DNA of 64,000 nucleotides from Octopus vulgaris (GCA_951406725.2 OX597831.1:35712001-35776000), one strand, 5' to 3'. Positions 26,938-44,350 are shown, numbered from the stretch's first letter. A program made the numbers and translations. The notes: generated by a model from the sequence alone, not told the origin.

Positions 26938-27212
26938 TTAACACTAAAAATACCAACATTTCTTACTTCCTACAAGGACCATAGTGGCCATTTTTGACCG
27001 GCGTTGGAAATTTTTATTTAATATAATATATTTTAAATATAATCTAATGCAGTGAATAAAGGATTTGAAAATACATTCTTTTAGCATTTATTTACATACA
27101 TAAAGATATATATACACATGTTGCTCATGATTACACATTTGATGGTCATAGAAATTAAAAAAGTAAAAAGTAAAAGCAGTCAGAAATGACCACCTGGTAC
27201 TTCTAGTGTTAA
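26938..27212. mobile_element. TTAA-flanked piggyBac-type MITE
   Basis: TTAA-CACTAAAAATACCA ... TGGTACTTCTAGTG-TTAA. Confidence 0.65.
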
Positions 27213-27566
27213 ATGATGATATTTATAAGGATGACATATGGTCTGTTCACAAGGCAGAAACCCAGCATTCTCATTGTTTTCCTTTTGCTGTTGTAATTAT
27301 CATTTCTACTCTAGGCACAAGACCTTGAAAATTTTGGGGGCAGGAAGCTAGTCGATTATACTGACCCCAGTGCATAACTGGTGCTTATTTCATCGACTCT
27401 AAAAGGATGAAAAGCAGAGTTAACCTTGGTGGAATTTGAACTCAGAACGTAGCAGTAGACAAAATACTGCTAAGCACCCGGTGTGCTAACAATTCTGCCA
27501 GCTCACCATCGCTGTTGTTATTATGTCCCTAAGTCTTGTCATCTAAAATTTGAGAGAAAATAATCA

Positions 27567-27944
27567 GACGCAGGAGTGGCTGAGTGGTAAGTAGCTTGCT
27601 AACCAACCACATGGTTCCGGGTTCAGTCCTACTGTGTGGCACCTTGGGTGAGTGTCTTCTACTATAGCCTCAGGCCAACCAAAGACTTGTGAGTGGAATT
27701 GGTAGATGGAAACTGAAAGAAGCCCCCATTGTATATGTGTGTGTGTGTATGTTTGTGTTTGTCCCCCCAGCATTGCATGACAACTGATGCTGGGTTGTTT
27801 ACATCCCCGTAACTTAGCAGTTTGGCAAAAGAGACTGATAGAATAAGTACTAGGCTTACAAAGAATAAGTCCAGGGGTTGGTTTGCTTGACTCAAGGTGG
27901 TGCTCCTGCATGGCCATAGTCAAATGACTGAAACAAAGAAAAGG
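27567..27944 (+). mobile_element. SINE family A
   Basis: Same head, core and tail as 8654-9068. Confidence 0.85.
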
Positions 27945-28744
27945 TAAGGATACAAGAGATGCCTTTTTGCAGACATACATATATGTATATGCTTTCTTAT
28001 ATCTTTCAACAAGCCTTGCCATCGTTTTCCCAGGAGTTGAGATCTTTATGAGTCCTTAAGAATACATGAAATCCACAACAAAATGTTTATCATGAGTTCC
28101 TTTTGGCTCTGTTCATCTTTCTTTCAAGTGTTTTATAAGTCCAACATTACATTTATATTTATGTGCAATACCTAAAATATATATTCTATATTTCACTTTT
28201 GCATAAGAAAGCTTTGGATTTCTCTGAAATCGTCTTCCAAATCTGAGGTCATTAAGTTGGTGCCCCTGGTCTTGCCAATTCCTGTTAAGCCATCCAACAT
28301 GTGCCAACATTAAAAATGGACATTAAATATTGATGGTAATGATGATGATGATGATAATGATGATGATGATAATGATGATGATGATAATGTTGAGGATAAT
28401 AATGATGATGATGTTAATGATGATGATGTCTCAGTTTTTTTTATAAAGTGGGCAAAGCAAAAATTCTCCTGGCCCATCAACAAGCTTCATGATAACAGTT
28501 AATTTTGGTTTTATTTCTTGCCATAGGGATGACAGAACATTCCGGTAATTGTCACTGACAGCCCTGCTAAACATTAACTCTCACCCCCAACCAAAACATG
28601 AATATTTTGTATATCCACCTTGTAAATCAATCATGAAATCAATCATCTTGATGTACCATTGTTTCGAGAAGATACGATGGGGATGCTGGAAAATTCTTGG
28701 CTTTGGGTAAAAGAAAATACAGAAAGATCAGTTAATTATGTAAA

Positions 28745-29010
28745 ATTAATATTCTCCCAAAGAGCCTGAGGAACCTGCACAAAGTAGATGTAGGCATTTT
28801 TAAATCAAGGCTGGACCTCTTCCTGTCGAGAGTCTCAGATGAAACTACCTCGCGGCAAGAGGTGCAAATGAGGGTAGCTACATCAAACTCCATTCTTCCC
28901 CAAGTGTCACATATTGGAGGAGGTTCTCAGTAATAACAGTGTAGCAATACGGCGGTGCATCAGCATGGCCGCAGCTCTGAGCTGAAACTACAGAAAAAAA
29001 AACAAAAAAA
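28745..29010 (+). mobile_element. CR1-like LINE 3' end inserted in a mariner-type MITE
   Basis: NILPKSLRNLHKVDVGIFKSRLDLFLSRVSDE..ATSNSIL; tail GGCGGTGCATCAGCATGGCCGCAG..GAAAC plus an A-rich run; MITE halves at 28676-28744 and 29011-29088. Confidence 0.7.
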
Positions 29011-29528
29011 GAACTCAGAAAGTTGGGGCCTCCAACCAGGCCTTTTGCAATACCCTTAAAGCTAGTATTTTTTCAGCACATCTTCATACATATATGTATA
29101 TATATATATATATATCATCATCATAATCACCACACAATGGGGTGCTGAAAAGCTCCTGCCTCTGGGTGAAAGAAAATACAGTGGGCTTAGTTAATTAAGG
29201 TTTTACTCAACATATTCCCCTCACAGATTCACACACAGTTATTGCAGCAGTCCTTCAGTTTTTCTAATCCCTGTAAAAGAACTCAGAAATTTGGGCCACC
29301 AGTCAGGTTTTTGCAAAACCCTTAAAGCCAGGAACTTTTCGGTGACCCCTTGAATAATTGAAGAATATGATCATGGTTTATTTTGCATATAAAAGCTATT
29401 TGTATAGGGTTGCATATTTTAGGGCCATCAGGCAGTCATGTGGGTATAAGGGTGAGAATGTGCTTGGTGCATTGCAGATTTTAGCGGTCATGAGATTTTT
29501 GTTATACATTACTACATGTAGTATGATA

Positions 29529-29687
<159 letters not shown>

Positions 29688-29694
29688 TTGCTGA

Positions 29695-30012
29695 GATATC
29701 CTTCAGTCATGACTGACCATGGGATTGTACCTAGGAAGTAACTCTCCCAGGCACAATTCTGGGTAAGGTTGTTTATGGAAGACCAGCATTCGCCCATGTA
29801 TACCGGCCTCCCCTCTCCACGCCACCAGTGTTATCCAAGGGAAAGGCAAAGGCAATATAGCTTGTCACCAGTGACATCGCAACTCATTTCTACAGCAACA
29901 TGAAATAAAGTGTCTTGCTCAAGAACACAACACACAGCCCGTTTGGGGATTCGAACTCACAACCTCATGATTGTATGCTCGATGCTCTAACCACTGAGCC
30001 GTGTACCTTCAC
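29695..30012 (-). mobile_element. tRNA-derived SINE family D
   Basis: Head GGCTCAGTGGTTAGAGC..GAGTTCGAATCC, core GTGTTCTTGAGCAAGACACTT, RTE-like tail CCATGGTCAGTCATGACTGAA. Confidence 0.75.
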
Positions 30013-31286
30013 ATGTATATATATATGTATATATATGAATATATATATATATATATATATGTATTTGTGTGTGTGTGTGTATGTGTGTGTATATATCTGT
30101 GTGTGTGTGTATGTGTGTGTATATATCTGTGTGTGTGTGTATGTGCATATGCTTATAATAACTAATCTGTCTACTTATATATGTGTGTCTATAAATATAG
30201 GTTGGACATTAAATGATGATATATAATATACATACGTACATATATATTGGTATGTATGCACCTCTCTCTCTCTCTATATATATATATGTATGTGTGTGTG
30301 TGTGTGTGTGTGTGCGTGTATGTATGTATGCTCAAATATAGTCACATTTAGAAGCAAAGAGTTCAGCTCATTAGAATTGGAATTTTCCAGTATTTTTACC
30401 CTGAACTCAAACATTTACGCATCTACCATCACCCCATGCATCCACGAGCTTACTACTTTCATACATACACACATACACACACATACATACACACATACAT
30501 ACATACATACATACATACATACATACACCCATACATACATGCATACATACATACACATACATACATACATAGATACATACATGCATACATACATATATAC
30601 ATACACACATACATATATACATACATGCATACGTACATACATACATACATTCATATGTAAATATATATAATCTGCTCACACAGACATGCATACACACATA
30701 CACATACACACACAGACATATATATACATACTATGCATACTCATATACACATGTGCATATACGCATATAATAATATCTTACAAGATAATTCTTATTCAAC
30801 GAAGTTCTAACAATCTAATTAGTTACAAATTTATTCCACTTGAGGGTTTTTAAATTCATTTATTTCCCAACTTCATTATATAATCTTAACTGGTTAGCAG
30901 TACTCAACGCAGGTGATTAGTAAATGGTCTGTACTGTTGTCAATATAAATCAGAACCACCATGCGCCCCTTATTCCTGACTCTCGTTATCATCATCAACA
31001 TCATCATCATCATCATCATCATCATCGTCGTCGTCACCACAACTCCCCACCACCACTGCCACCACAATCACTGCTGCTGCCGCCACCATTGTCATCTTCA
31101 TCGTCTTTGCCACACCCGCCACCATCACTGCCCTGGCTGTCATTAGCATCGTTGTTATTGCTGTCGTTGTCATCATCATCGTGGTTGTCATCGTCAGCGT
31201 CATCATCACTGTCATCGTCACCATCATCATCATCATCATCATCATCATTGTCATCATCACCAAAGTCATCATTGTTGTTCTTGCTA

Positions 31287-31368
<82 letters not shown>

Positions 31369-32619
31369 CATCATCATTATTATTATCATTATTATCATCA
31401 TTATTATTATCATGTGCTGGCTTCATTAGGATATACTTATGAGAGTTTTGTAGTTCCCTCTGTATGAACATGTTGTGAAAGTACATTTGACTCTAATAGG
31501 TATTCTTAAAATAACTCTCATAAAGACATAGCATATTCTAATAAAGCCGCCATTACCATCATCATCATCATCGCCACCAGCATCATCGTCATCGACGTCA
31601 TCATCGCCACCACCACCACCATCATCATCATCATCGTTGTCATCATTGTCGTCGTCATTGTCGTCGTCATCATCATCATCACCATCAGCATCATCGTCAT
31701 TGATGTCATCATTGCCAACATCACCACCACCATCGTCGTTGTCGTAGTTGCTGTCATCGTTGTTGTCATCATCATTGTCATCATCATCATTATCATTGAT
31801 GTCATCATCACCACCACCACCACCACCACCACCATCATCATCGTCATCATCGCCACCACCACCACTACCACCATCATCATCTTGTCGTCATCATCATCAT
31901 TGTCATCATCATCATCATCGTCATCATCATCACCATCACCATCACCACCATCACCATCACCATCATCACCATCATCATCAGACAGAATCAATAGTGCGCC
32001 AGACAAAACCCTTAGCAGCATTTATTTTAGTGCTCTACATTCTGGGTTCTAATCCAGCTGAAGTTGACTGTGCCAGTCATCCTTTTCAAGTCAATAAAAT
32101 AATACTAGTTGTGCACTGGGGTCGATATAATCAACTTAACACCTCCTTTGAAATTGCTGGCGTTGTGCCAAAATTAGAAAGAGTTATTATTATTGGGTAG
32201 TGAGCTGGCAGAATTGTTAGCATGCCACACAAAATGCTTAGTGGCATTTCATCTATCTTTATGTTCTGAGTTCAAATTCTACTGAGGTCAACTTTACCCT
32301 TCATCTTTTTGGAGTCGATAAAACATGTACGAGTCAGGTAGTGGAGTTGACTGCTCCAATGCACAAAATTTCAGAACATAAAAACTGAAATAGTATATGG
32401 TAGAATTTTTCTGATACTCAAATGATTCATCCAATTAATTTTCCCTCCAATAGATTTCAATTTAGGCACAAAATCAGCAATTATTTGACTTGTACTTCAG
32501 AAAAGATGGAAGGCAAAACTGACTTAGGAAGGATTTGAACTCAGAATTTAAAGAGCTATTATACGCTTAACTGATATGATGCTCTTGTGTATTATGACAA
32601 TCTAAATAACATTTATGAC

Positions 32620-33010
32620 AGTGAAGAGGCTGGCAGCAAATTTTTGAACTGAGAGTTATACCAGACCCCGAATTGGATGTTCTTGCATTGTTCCAAAGGT
32701 CCCCAGCTGACACATTTACAGTGAGGACCATGTACTGCAATATCTAGGGATTCAAGGGCCCACAGCTATTTAACATATTGCCAAAACATATGAGGGATCT
32801 TCATGGAATTGGGGTAAATGTTTTCAGGAAACCATTTCACTTCTTCTTATCCAATGCTCCAGTCGAACCCATATCAAGGCTGGAGATGCAAAAGGGGGCA
32901 GCAGTGTCAAACTCCCTCCTTCACCAAAAGCCAATCACGTAAGATTGACCACTGAAAAGGTGATTACAATGGCGGTGCTCCAGTTTGGCCACATATAAAA
33001 GAATAAAAGA
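32620..33010 (+). mobile_element. CR1-like LINE 3' fragment
   Basis: GFKGPQLFNILPKHMRDLHG..EP..AAVSNSLLHQ; tail GGCGGTGCTCCAG. Confidence 0.7.
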
Positions 33011-33104
33011 ACTTCTTCCTTCACCTTCTGCTGTCATCTGATCTATTACTTTAATCAAGTTATCAGAGTTTGTTTATATTCAATCTATTAACTGCTTTTG
33101 TCAC

Positions 33105-33456
33105 AAGGCTGTGGCTATGCTGGGGCACTGCATTGAAGAATTTTTAGTTGAATAAATCAGACCCAGTACTTATTTGTTTTTAAAGCTAGTTTTCTTATTC
33201 TATCAGTTTCTTTTGCTAAACAGGTAAAGTTATGAGGACATAAACACACCAGCACCGGTTCTCAAGTGGTAATGGGGAACAAGCAGGCACAAAGATACAT
33301 ACACATAAGATATAGATACATATACATGATGGGTTTCTGTCTATCAAAACCTTGGTTTGTTCAGTCCAAGGGTATAGTAGAAAACACTTGCCCAAGGTGC
33401 CACACAGTGGGATTGAACCTGGAACTAGGTGGTTGGTAAGCAAGCTACTTACCACA
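33105..33456 (-). mobile_element. SINE family A (decayed)
   Basis: Similarity to the other family A copies. Confidence 0.75.
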
Positions 33457-33471
33457 CACACACACACACAC

Positions 33472-33950
33472 AGTATACCCATCATGACTGCCTGTCTGAT
33501 AAGGGTACACTAGGCACATGCATCACAACAATGTGTGCGCGACATGGTGATCTCATATCAAGATTAATAGCACATGACCTTGCAGGTCGGGCCCAGTTAG
33601 AATGTTCCTCTGGTCGAGTAACCCATCCTGCTCAAAAGGTCCCTGAATAAGGGTTGTTTAAGGATGCTGAAAGAAACACCCATGTTTCCAGAGGTGAATT
33701 ATTCAAACCCCAATGAATCCCTCTCAACACATAGCTGTGATGCACTCCTCACAACTTCTGCTCATGATCAGAGATGCACATATTGTCAGCCACTAAGGGA
33801 TATGCTCAACTGGTAAAGGTCAAATAACTGACAAGCAAATCTGGTATTGAGCAGAATATTTGCTGTAGCCCATCATTTATACCAAGACAAAACAATGTAC
33901 ATGATAACACTTCTAATCAGTTCAGATCAGAAGCCATGAAAGCCACTGTA
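33472..33950 (-). mobile_element. Non-coding (TAA)n-associated interspersed repeat
   Basis: Homologous to 44048-44310, 44695-44800 and 51624-51873; every copy abuts (ATT)n. Confidence 0.75.
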
Positions 33951-33985
33951 TTATTATTATTATTATTATTATTATGATTATTATG

Positions 33986-34059
<74 letters not shown>

Positions 34060-34064
<5 letters not shown>

Positions 34065-34167
34065 TTACAGCCTGGAATAGAAATTGGAATCTTGGGGTTA
34101 GTAGCCCACGCTCTTAACCATTATGCCATATGCCCAAGATTCCAAGTTCAATTCCAGGCAGTGACCC

Positions 34168-34230
<63 letters not shown>

Positions 34231-34340
34231 TAATAACATCAAAAAATACCTTAGGAATGAGAACCCAGATTTGAAATTCCCCCCAAGACACCTGACGATG
34301 GCCGGAGGGTATATCAGCCAAAATGTTGTGCTAACAATGT
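34060..34340. mobile_element. Third copy of the tRNA-head/hammerhead element with an inverted head
   Basis: Head on minus 34060-34136; partial head, (AAT)n and body on plus; decayed hammerhead 34287-34332 (CTGACGA..AAAA). Confidence 0.7.
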
Positions 34341-34899
34341 TTCATTCACTTGTGTTTTTTCAAACATGTGTCAAAAAAATTCTATTGTCACCACTATTTT
34401 CACCACAAATTCTATTATCCTCTTCCTATTCATCATGATCATCATCACCATCACCATCATCATAAACATCATCATCAGCTGTAGCTGTACCCTCATCATC
34501 AACTCTACTATCATCACCACCGCAACTATCATCATCATTATCATCATCATTATTGTCGTCATCTTTGTTGTCATCATAGTTATCATCATCATCATCATTG
34601 TTTATTCTTGTTGTTCTATTTGTGTGTTTTTTTTTATTTTCAGTTTTTTTTTTTCGAAACATACATTTTATATATTGTTGCATATTAGAGCTATTTCTGT
34701 TGGAAAAAGAAACTTCCAGTCAGTCAGTCAGGCAGCCAGGCAGTCAAAAACACCTGTTGGTTACCGCAGCATGTTCTCTCACCTTTGTAGAATATTAATC
34801 AATCAAGAGAAGTACTGCAGACAGTGATCTTTAGGTGAATCTATGACAACATAACTATCGAACACAGGTGAGAATACAATAATTCATAACAGACATCAA

Positions 34900-36780
34900 T
34901 GAGCAGGAATACAAATTATATTATTTCATAACCAAAATGCACGTTTAAGAAGTATAGCAGAATATTAAATAGATATACTGTTTATTTGCTGAGAATAATA
35001 CATTTGAATTTCAGATATTTCTTTAAAAAAAAATTTATTTTATTAAAAAATATTTTTTTGCTTGATATTAAAATTTTTTTTAAATCAACAACCAAGAATT
35101 TAAAATATGTCATTTCAAAACTAGAATAAATGTTTAAGAGTTATAGCAGAATATAAAGTACTTTTACTATTTGCATAAAATAATATGTTTTGTATTCCAA
35201 ATTTAGAAAAAAAAATTTGTTTTTAAATTCCTTTAAGTCAACTATAACAAATATAAAACATTGTTTTATAACTGAAATACAAGTTTGAGAGATATAGCAC
35301 CACATAAAATACATTTACTATTTATTTACATAGAATAATACATTTTGAAGAACCTTTTAAAAATATTTCATTTTTTAAAGAAATATTTTTTGATATCTAA
35401 TTTTTTAAAAATCAACAACCAGAAATAAAAAATACAGAATTTCATAACTTAACTACAAGCTGAGGAATACAGCAGAATATAAACTACACCTCCTACTGAT
35501 TTGCAACAACCAGTATATTTTGAATTTCAGATATTTAAAAAAATGATGCTTAATATTTTGGAAAAATTATCGATATTCAAAATTTCAGTTAATGACTACC
35601 AATTTATAATATATCATTTCATAATAAAAACATACTTTTAAGAGTTATAACAGAATATAAAGTTCATTTACAATTCGCAGAGGATAACTCACCTGGATTT
35701 TCAGATATTTTTCTAATAATATTTAATTTTTTGAAAATATATTTTATATTTAATTTTTTTTTAGTCAAGAATCATGAATAAAAAATATATAATTTCTCAG
35801 ACAACAGGCTGGCAGAATCATTAGTACACTGAGCCCAATGCCAAGCAGCATTTTGTCTATCTTTATGTTCTGGGTTCAAATGCTGCCAGAGCTGACTTTA
35901 CCTTTCATCCATTCAGGGTCAATAAAAAAGTACAAATTGATCTCTGTGGTCAATCTAATCAACTTAACCCTCCCTCTTAATTGCTGGCCTTGTGCCAAAA
36001 TTTGAAACCATTATTTCTGAACTTAAATACAATTTTCTTAGATATAACAGAAAAGGAATATAAATTTATGATATATTAACATAAAATGATGTATTTTATT
36101 TATATTTCAGATATTTCCTGTAAAAAATTATGTTTCATTGTTTGAAAAATATGTTTTGATATTTTCAATTTATTACTATCAACAATCAGAAATACAATAA
36201 TATATTATATCATTTCTTGAATTAAAAGCAATTTTAAGAGATGCAGTAGAATATTAAATAGCTTTATTCCCAGAGAATAATAATTTTTGAATTGCAAATT
36301 TAAAAAAATTATATTTAATTCTTTGAAAATACTTTTTCGATATATAAAAATTTTATCAATAATTTGGAATTGAAAATATATCATGTCATAGCTAAAATAC
36401 AAGTCTAAGAGATATGGCAGATATATTTTGAAATTCAAATATTTTTAAAGTTTAAATATAAATTTTTGGAAAATTATTTTAATATTATAATCAACAATCA
36501 GCAAGTTAAAATATATAATTTTATAATTAAAATAAAAGTTCAAGAATTATAGCAGAATATAAGATCATCATTTGATTATAATGCATTTTGAATTTAGATA
36601 TTTCAAAATGGTATTTAATGTTTTCAAATTTGTTTGATATTTAAGATTCTTTTAATAAAATAATCACAAATATAAAATATATTATTTTAAAACTGAAATA
36701 AATACAAGTTTGAGTGATTATTTTAAAACTGAAATAAATACAAGTTTGAGTGATATAACATAATATAAAGATACAATGGC
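34900..36780. repeat. Degenerate AT-rich tandem repeat, about 10 units of ~175 bp
   Basis: Motif AAGTTTAAGAG.TATAGCAGAATAT recurs near 34953, 35141, 35291, 35467, 35645, 36042, 36241, 36411, 36548 and 36752; SINE B inserted at 35805-36012. Confidence 0.75.
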
Positions 36781-37215
36781 TTACAAAGAATAAATCCTGG
36801 GGTCAATTTCTTCAACTAAAACCCTGTGAGGAGGTGCTCCAGCATTTATCTAGATCACAATGAAGTACATAATAATAAATAAACAGTATATAATTAGTAA
36901 ATAGTCTATGTATGTTTCGTGGCTATATCATCAATTCGATTTACAATTAAATTTAAATTTAATTGATCCCAAAACAATTCAATTTAAAAATATAGTCACT
37001 CCTCAGCTTAACAATAATAACAATAACAGTTAAATAAATACATGTTTTTAATAAATAATCAAACAGAATTAAACAATATTTTTTAAAGAAATAAAAACAT
37101 GATTCTTCTTATAGAAGAAATTCCATTAATTAAATTTTAAACTTAAAAAGTAGGACCAAGTATTTATAATACATTTATCATGTTAAAAACCTAACATAAA
37201 AAAATAATATATATA

Positions 37216-37612
37216 GGAGTGGCTGTGTGATAAGTAGCTTGCTTACCAACCACATGGTTCCAGGTTCAGTCCCACTGCGTGGCACCTTGGACAAGTGTCT
37301 TCTACTATAACCTCGGGCCAACCAAAGCATTGTGAGTGGATTTGGTAGACGAAAACTGAAAGAAGCCCGTCGTATATATGTATATATATATGTGCGTGTG
37401 TGTTTGTGTGTCTGTGTTTGTCCCCCTAGCATTGCTTGACAACCGATGCTGGTGTGTTTATGTCTCTGTCACTTAGCGGTTTGGCAAAAGAGACCGATAG
37501 AATAAGTACTGGGCTTACAATGAATAAGTCCTGGGGTTGAGTTGCTCGATTAAAGGCGGTGCTCCAGCATGGCCGCAGTCAAATGACTGAAACAAGTAGA
37601 AGAGTAAAGAGT
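37216..37612 (+). mobile_element. SINE family A (full length)
   Basis: Complete head, core and tail. Confidence 0.85.
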
Positions 37613-37619
37613 ATAGTCA

Positions 37620-37667
<48 letters not shown>

Positions 37668-38109
37668 TGTATATCGACACATGATGGGCTTCTTTCAGTT
37701 TCCATCTACCAAATCCACTCATAAGGCTTTGGTTGGGATTATGAAAATATATTTATTATTTATAAAATAATAGGTACCAGCATGACTATGTGGTTAGACT
37801 TTTTCTGCCCAGTCATATAGTTCTGGATTCAGTTCGACTGAGTAGTATCATGGGCAAGTTATATATAACAATAAAAGTTTGATAAAAAGGTTTTTGCCAA
37901 CTTTCTGTTGGTGAGAAGAGCTGGACTTATTGTAATATCTCTGTGTGACTATTTACTGGTTGCATATACAAGACATTTTGTATATTCAATATGCAAAGTA
38001 TGAATATTACAATTATTATGAAACTCAGAGCTTCCTGAAACAGCTGTTGAGCTAAGAAATTGTGTATTCACTTCATAGTATTCTGTATTTTTTATATTTA
38101 TATATTTGT

Positions 38110-38135
38110 ATATCTATATCTATCTACCTATCTAT

Positions 38136-38192
<57 letters not shown>

Positions 38193-38205
38193 CATCCATC
38201 TATCC

Positions 38206-38240
<35 letters not shown>

Positions 38241-38241
38241 A

Positions 38242-38322
<81 letters not shown>

Positions 38323-38389
38323 GCTATCTGTTTATCTATCTATCTATCTATTTATCTATCTATCTGTTTATCTATCTATCTATATATCG

Positions 38390-38465
<76 letters not shown>

Positions 38466-38495
38466 GTCTGTTTGTATGTCTGTCTGTCTATCTGT
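38110..38495. repeat. (TCTA)n tetranucleotide array
   Basis: Direct reading. Confidence 0.95.
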
Positions 38496-38668
38496 ATATA
38501 TGTAATGTATATACATATATATATGTATATGTGTCTTCATACTTCTGGATATATGTAGATATATGTGTCAATGTGTCTATATGTATGTATGTATGTATGT
38601 ATGTGCATGTGTGTGTATGTATGTATGTATGTATGTATGTATGTATGTATGAGTGTCTGTGCATGTAT

Positions 38669-38719
<51 letters not shown>

Positions 38720-38984
38720 GTATATGTATGTATATGTGCACACAAACCAAGCTTAATTGTGTTTATCTATATCACTACCTTCTCTCTCTTTCATTCTCTC
38801 TCTCTCAGTATATATATATACACACACACATGCATACATATCCATATATATATGGTTGTTCTATACGTTGTATACATCTATTATATATGCAATGCTTGTA
38901 GAGTAGATTTCAGTTAATGAATTATGATGTTTATAGTATTTGTGGAGTCATTTGCTCTTGCAGTGTCGGCTTGCACAGCCAGAA

Positions 38985-41050
<2,066 letters not shown>

Positions 41051-41365
41051 CTCTGCATAGACAGCAATTAATCAACCGCTAATCCTTATAGATTATTATA
41101 GTTTCTGAATAGGTGGCTTTACAAAACACATTTTAAAGCAGCATTGATACTATTTGGCTTCTTTAAAGACAAGTAAGCAGACAGAGAAGCAGTGGATAAA
41201 GCATCTGAAATTACTTTTGTAATAAAGTGAACATTTACTTACTTTAATGGAAAATCTCGTTGGAAACAGTCAGGAATATAACTCTGAAATCCAAAATGAT
41301 TAAAAGTTGCAAACTGGCAAACAGTGTAACTGTAAGTCATATCTTCTCTATATATGTTGGTGAGA

Positions 41366-41760
41366 GTGGAGGCGCAATGGCCCAGTGGCTAGGGCAGCAG
41401 GCTTGCAGTTGTAGCATCATGGTTTCGATTCTTAGACCGGATGTTGTGAGTGTTTATTGAGCAAAAACACCTAAAGCTCCACGAAGATCCAGCAGGGGGC
41501 GGGGGGGGGGGGCGTGAACTCAGCTGTACTCTTTCACCACAACTTTCTCTCACTCTTTCTTCCTGTTTCTGTTGTACCTGTATTTCGAAGGACCAGCCTT
41601 GTCACACTCTGTGTCATGCTGAATCTCCCCGAGAACCATGTTACGGGTACACCTGTCTGTGGAGTGCTCAGCCACTTGCACGTTAATTTCACGAGCAGGC
41701 TGCTGTTCTGTTGATCAGATCAAGTGGAACCCTTGCTGTCGTAACCGACGAAGTGCCACG
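41366..41760 (+). mobile_element. SINE family C head with a third tail type
   Basis: GGAGGCGCAATGGCCCAGTGGCTAGGGC head; tail shared with 7935-8195. Confidence 0.8.
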
Positions 41761-43228
41761 ATATTGGTGACAAAATTCTAAAAAGATTAAAAGTTGAATG
41801 CTGGTGAACTGTGACAATATGTATACTGGCAACAAAAATCTAACCATTTACCATTTAAACCAGTCATATTTGGCCCAAATATTCTACCTGTTTAATGTTC
41901 AAACTAGTAAAGTCCAGCCTCGTACACCTACCCTACAATGTCATTCTAAAAATAAACAATCACATCATCAATATCTCTAAGTTATGAGAAAATGCTTGAT
42001 TAATTTAAAACAATGTGAATAAGCTTTGCATTTGACATAGTGGTCTGAATGCAAACTGAAGTAAGCCAGATTTTTGCTATGTTTGTTGGCAACAGGAATT
42101 TAAACTGATTAAAATTTGAAAGACAGCAAACAGTGTGACAGTGAGTCAGATCTTCACTCGGTTTGTTGGCAACAGATTGACAACATATAAAACATAGAGA
42201 AAGAAAGAAAAATAATATTGAAAAGAATAAACAGATTTCAAATTGAATATAATAAATCATAATATTTGAAAAGGATTTTCATTTTTAAATTTTAGAAAAT
42301 TGAAAGTAAATTATATGGGAATAAGAAAATCATATTCACAATAAGATTTTGTATGTTGGGCTTTGTTATTTATTTTGAAAATAAAAAAATCTTGTAAAAT
42401 AAAATACCTAAATGGATTTCGTAATTAAACAACCAGTGCACCAACTCCAGAGAATTACTTTATTTATTTTGAAATCACAATTCTCTCAAAGACAATTAAT
42501 GAAAGCCAGAGAAATGTATCGCTTTTAAAAAATAAGTTTATTTAATCACACAAAATGAAACTATGAAAACACTTTTGTAATCTGATTAAAAGATTTTGTT
42601 CATACAAAACATGTTTACTGAAAAAAGTAGAAAAGAAAATCTTTATTGTTGCTGTTGCTATTATTAGTTGTATTATTATCAATATTTTATCGTTATTATT
42701 GTTAATGTTGTTGTTATTTATATTTAGGAGGAAATTTGAAATGTGTTTAATGTCAGGCACCTTAGCAAACCTTTTCTTTCTTTCTTTTTCCGATTTTGAT
42801 TTACAAATGCAAATAGGATGAAAAATTAATTAAAATTTACAATAGTTGGTGTTGATGACATTTATACATTTATTAATTTTTATTTTTTAAAATTGACATA
42901 TTTAACATTCATTTTTGCTTTTGCTGCTAAAGATCCTGTACTAGTGACATTGCTATATGTGTATCAATATCAGATAATTGTAATGAAAACAACACTTCAG
43001 GGGAAAAGTAAAATAGTATAGAATGCATGATACAATTATTAATAGCTTCTTATGTTTGATCCATATATGAAAACACAACATACTCACATATATACATAAT
43101 ATTCTATACATATATACATAATATTAGCAGGCCTTCTTCCAACTGTAATCATCAGCAGCTTCCTCATCATCTTCATCATTATCATTATCCCTATCATAAT
43201 TATCCCTATCATAATTGTTATTATCATA

Positions 43229-43284
<56 letters not shown>

Positions 43285-43290
43285 CATTAT

Positions 43291-43988
43291 AATCTGCATG
43301 TTTGATGCAATCACCTGCCGGGGCACACCCAGCGCCCTAGGGCAAGTGAAGGTTAAGAGTTGTTGAAATATAGCTGAAAGCTTGGGGAGGGGAAGTAGAG
43401 ATATATCTCCATGTAATGCAAACACAGACATTTACATTGATAGGGTTTTTCTAAGGATGTGGGCAGTACTTGTTAGCACAATCTTTTGGATTTCCTTGAG
43501 ACATGGTTTTCCAGGGATATTGTCTAGGTGTTTCTGACATCCCTTTTTATCATACCTAGGGCACCTACAATAACAGGAACAGTTTTTGTTTTAAGATTCC
43601 ACATCCTCTGTATTTCGATTTCCAGGTCCTTATATTTACTAAGTTTGTCAAATTCCTTGACAGATACATTTTTATCAGTGGGGACGCTTACTTCTATTAG
43701 TCTGCAGGTATTTTCTTCCCTGTCTTTAACAATTATGTCTGGTCGATTAGCCTTGATCGTTCTGTCAGTGTTGACTGGAAAATCCCAGAGGATGGTGACA
43801 TCTTTACCTTCAACAACTGGCTGAGGATGGTGTTCATACCAGTTAGCAGGAGTGTCGGATTTGTAGTGTTTACATATCTTCCAATGTATATACTGTCCTA
43901 CCCTATCGTGGCGATTTTTGTATTCGTTTGGTGTCAGCACAGGACATCCCGAAACGAGATGGTCTATCGTTTCGTCAAATGTGTCGCT
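43291..43988 (-). mobile_element. 5'-truncated R4/Dong-clade non-LTR retrotransposon (zinc knuckle, RLE, 3' UTR)
   Basis: ETIDHLVSGC..RHD..ILWDF..RPDI..LIEVSVP..KLSKYKDL..VIVGALG..TAHILRKTL*; (TAA)n on both sides. Confidence 0.9.
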
Positions 43989-44308
43989 ATTATTATTATT
44001 ATTATTATTATTATTATCATTATTATCATCATTATTATTATTGTTATTGAGGGAGAGTGCAGTGCATGCCATCAAAGTGACACTGGGGTAAATTATACAA
44101 AGCCCAGTATACCCATCATGATAAAAAGTGCATGACCTTGCAGGTGGGGTCCAGTTAGAATTTCTTTCAGGCTGAGTAGCCCATGCTGCTCAAAAGTTCA
44201 CTGATTAAGGGTTGTTTAAGGATGTTGAACGAAATACCCATGTTTCCAGAGGTGAATTATTCAAACCCGAAAGAATCCCTCTGAGCACATGGCTATGATG
44301 CTCCCTCA

Positions 44309-44350
<42 letters not shown>

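Noticed and set aside
33905-33950. U2 snRNA-like stretch TTCTAATCAGTTCAGATCAGA
   Set aside because: Too short and mismatched; no branch-point recognition or Sm site
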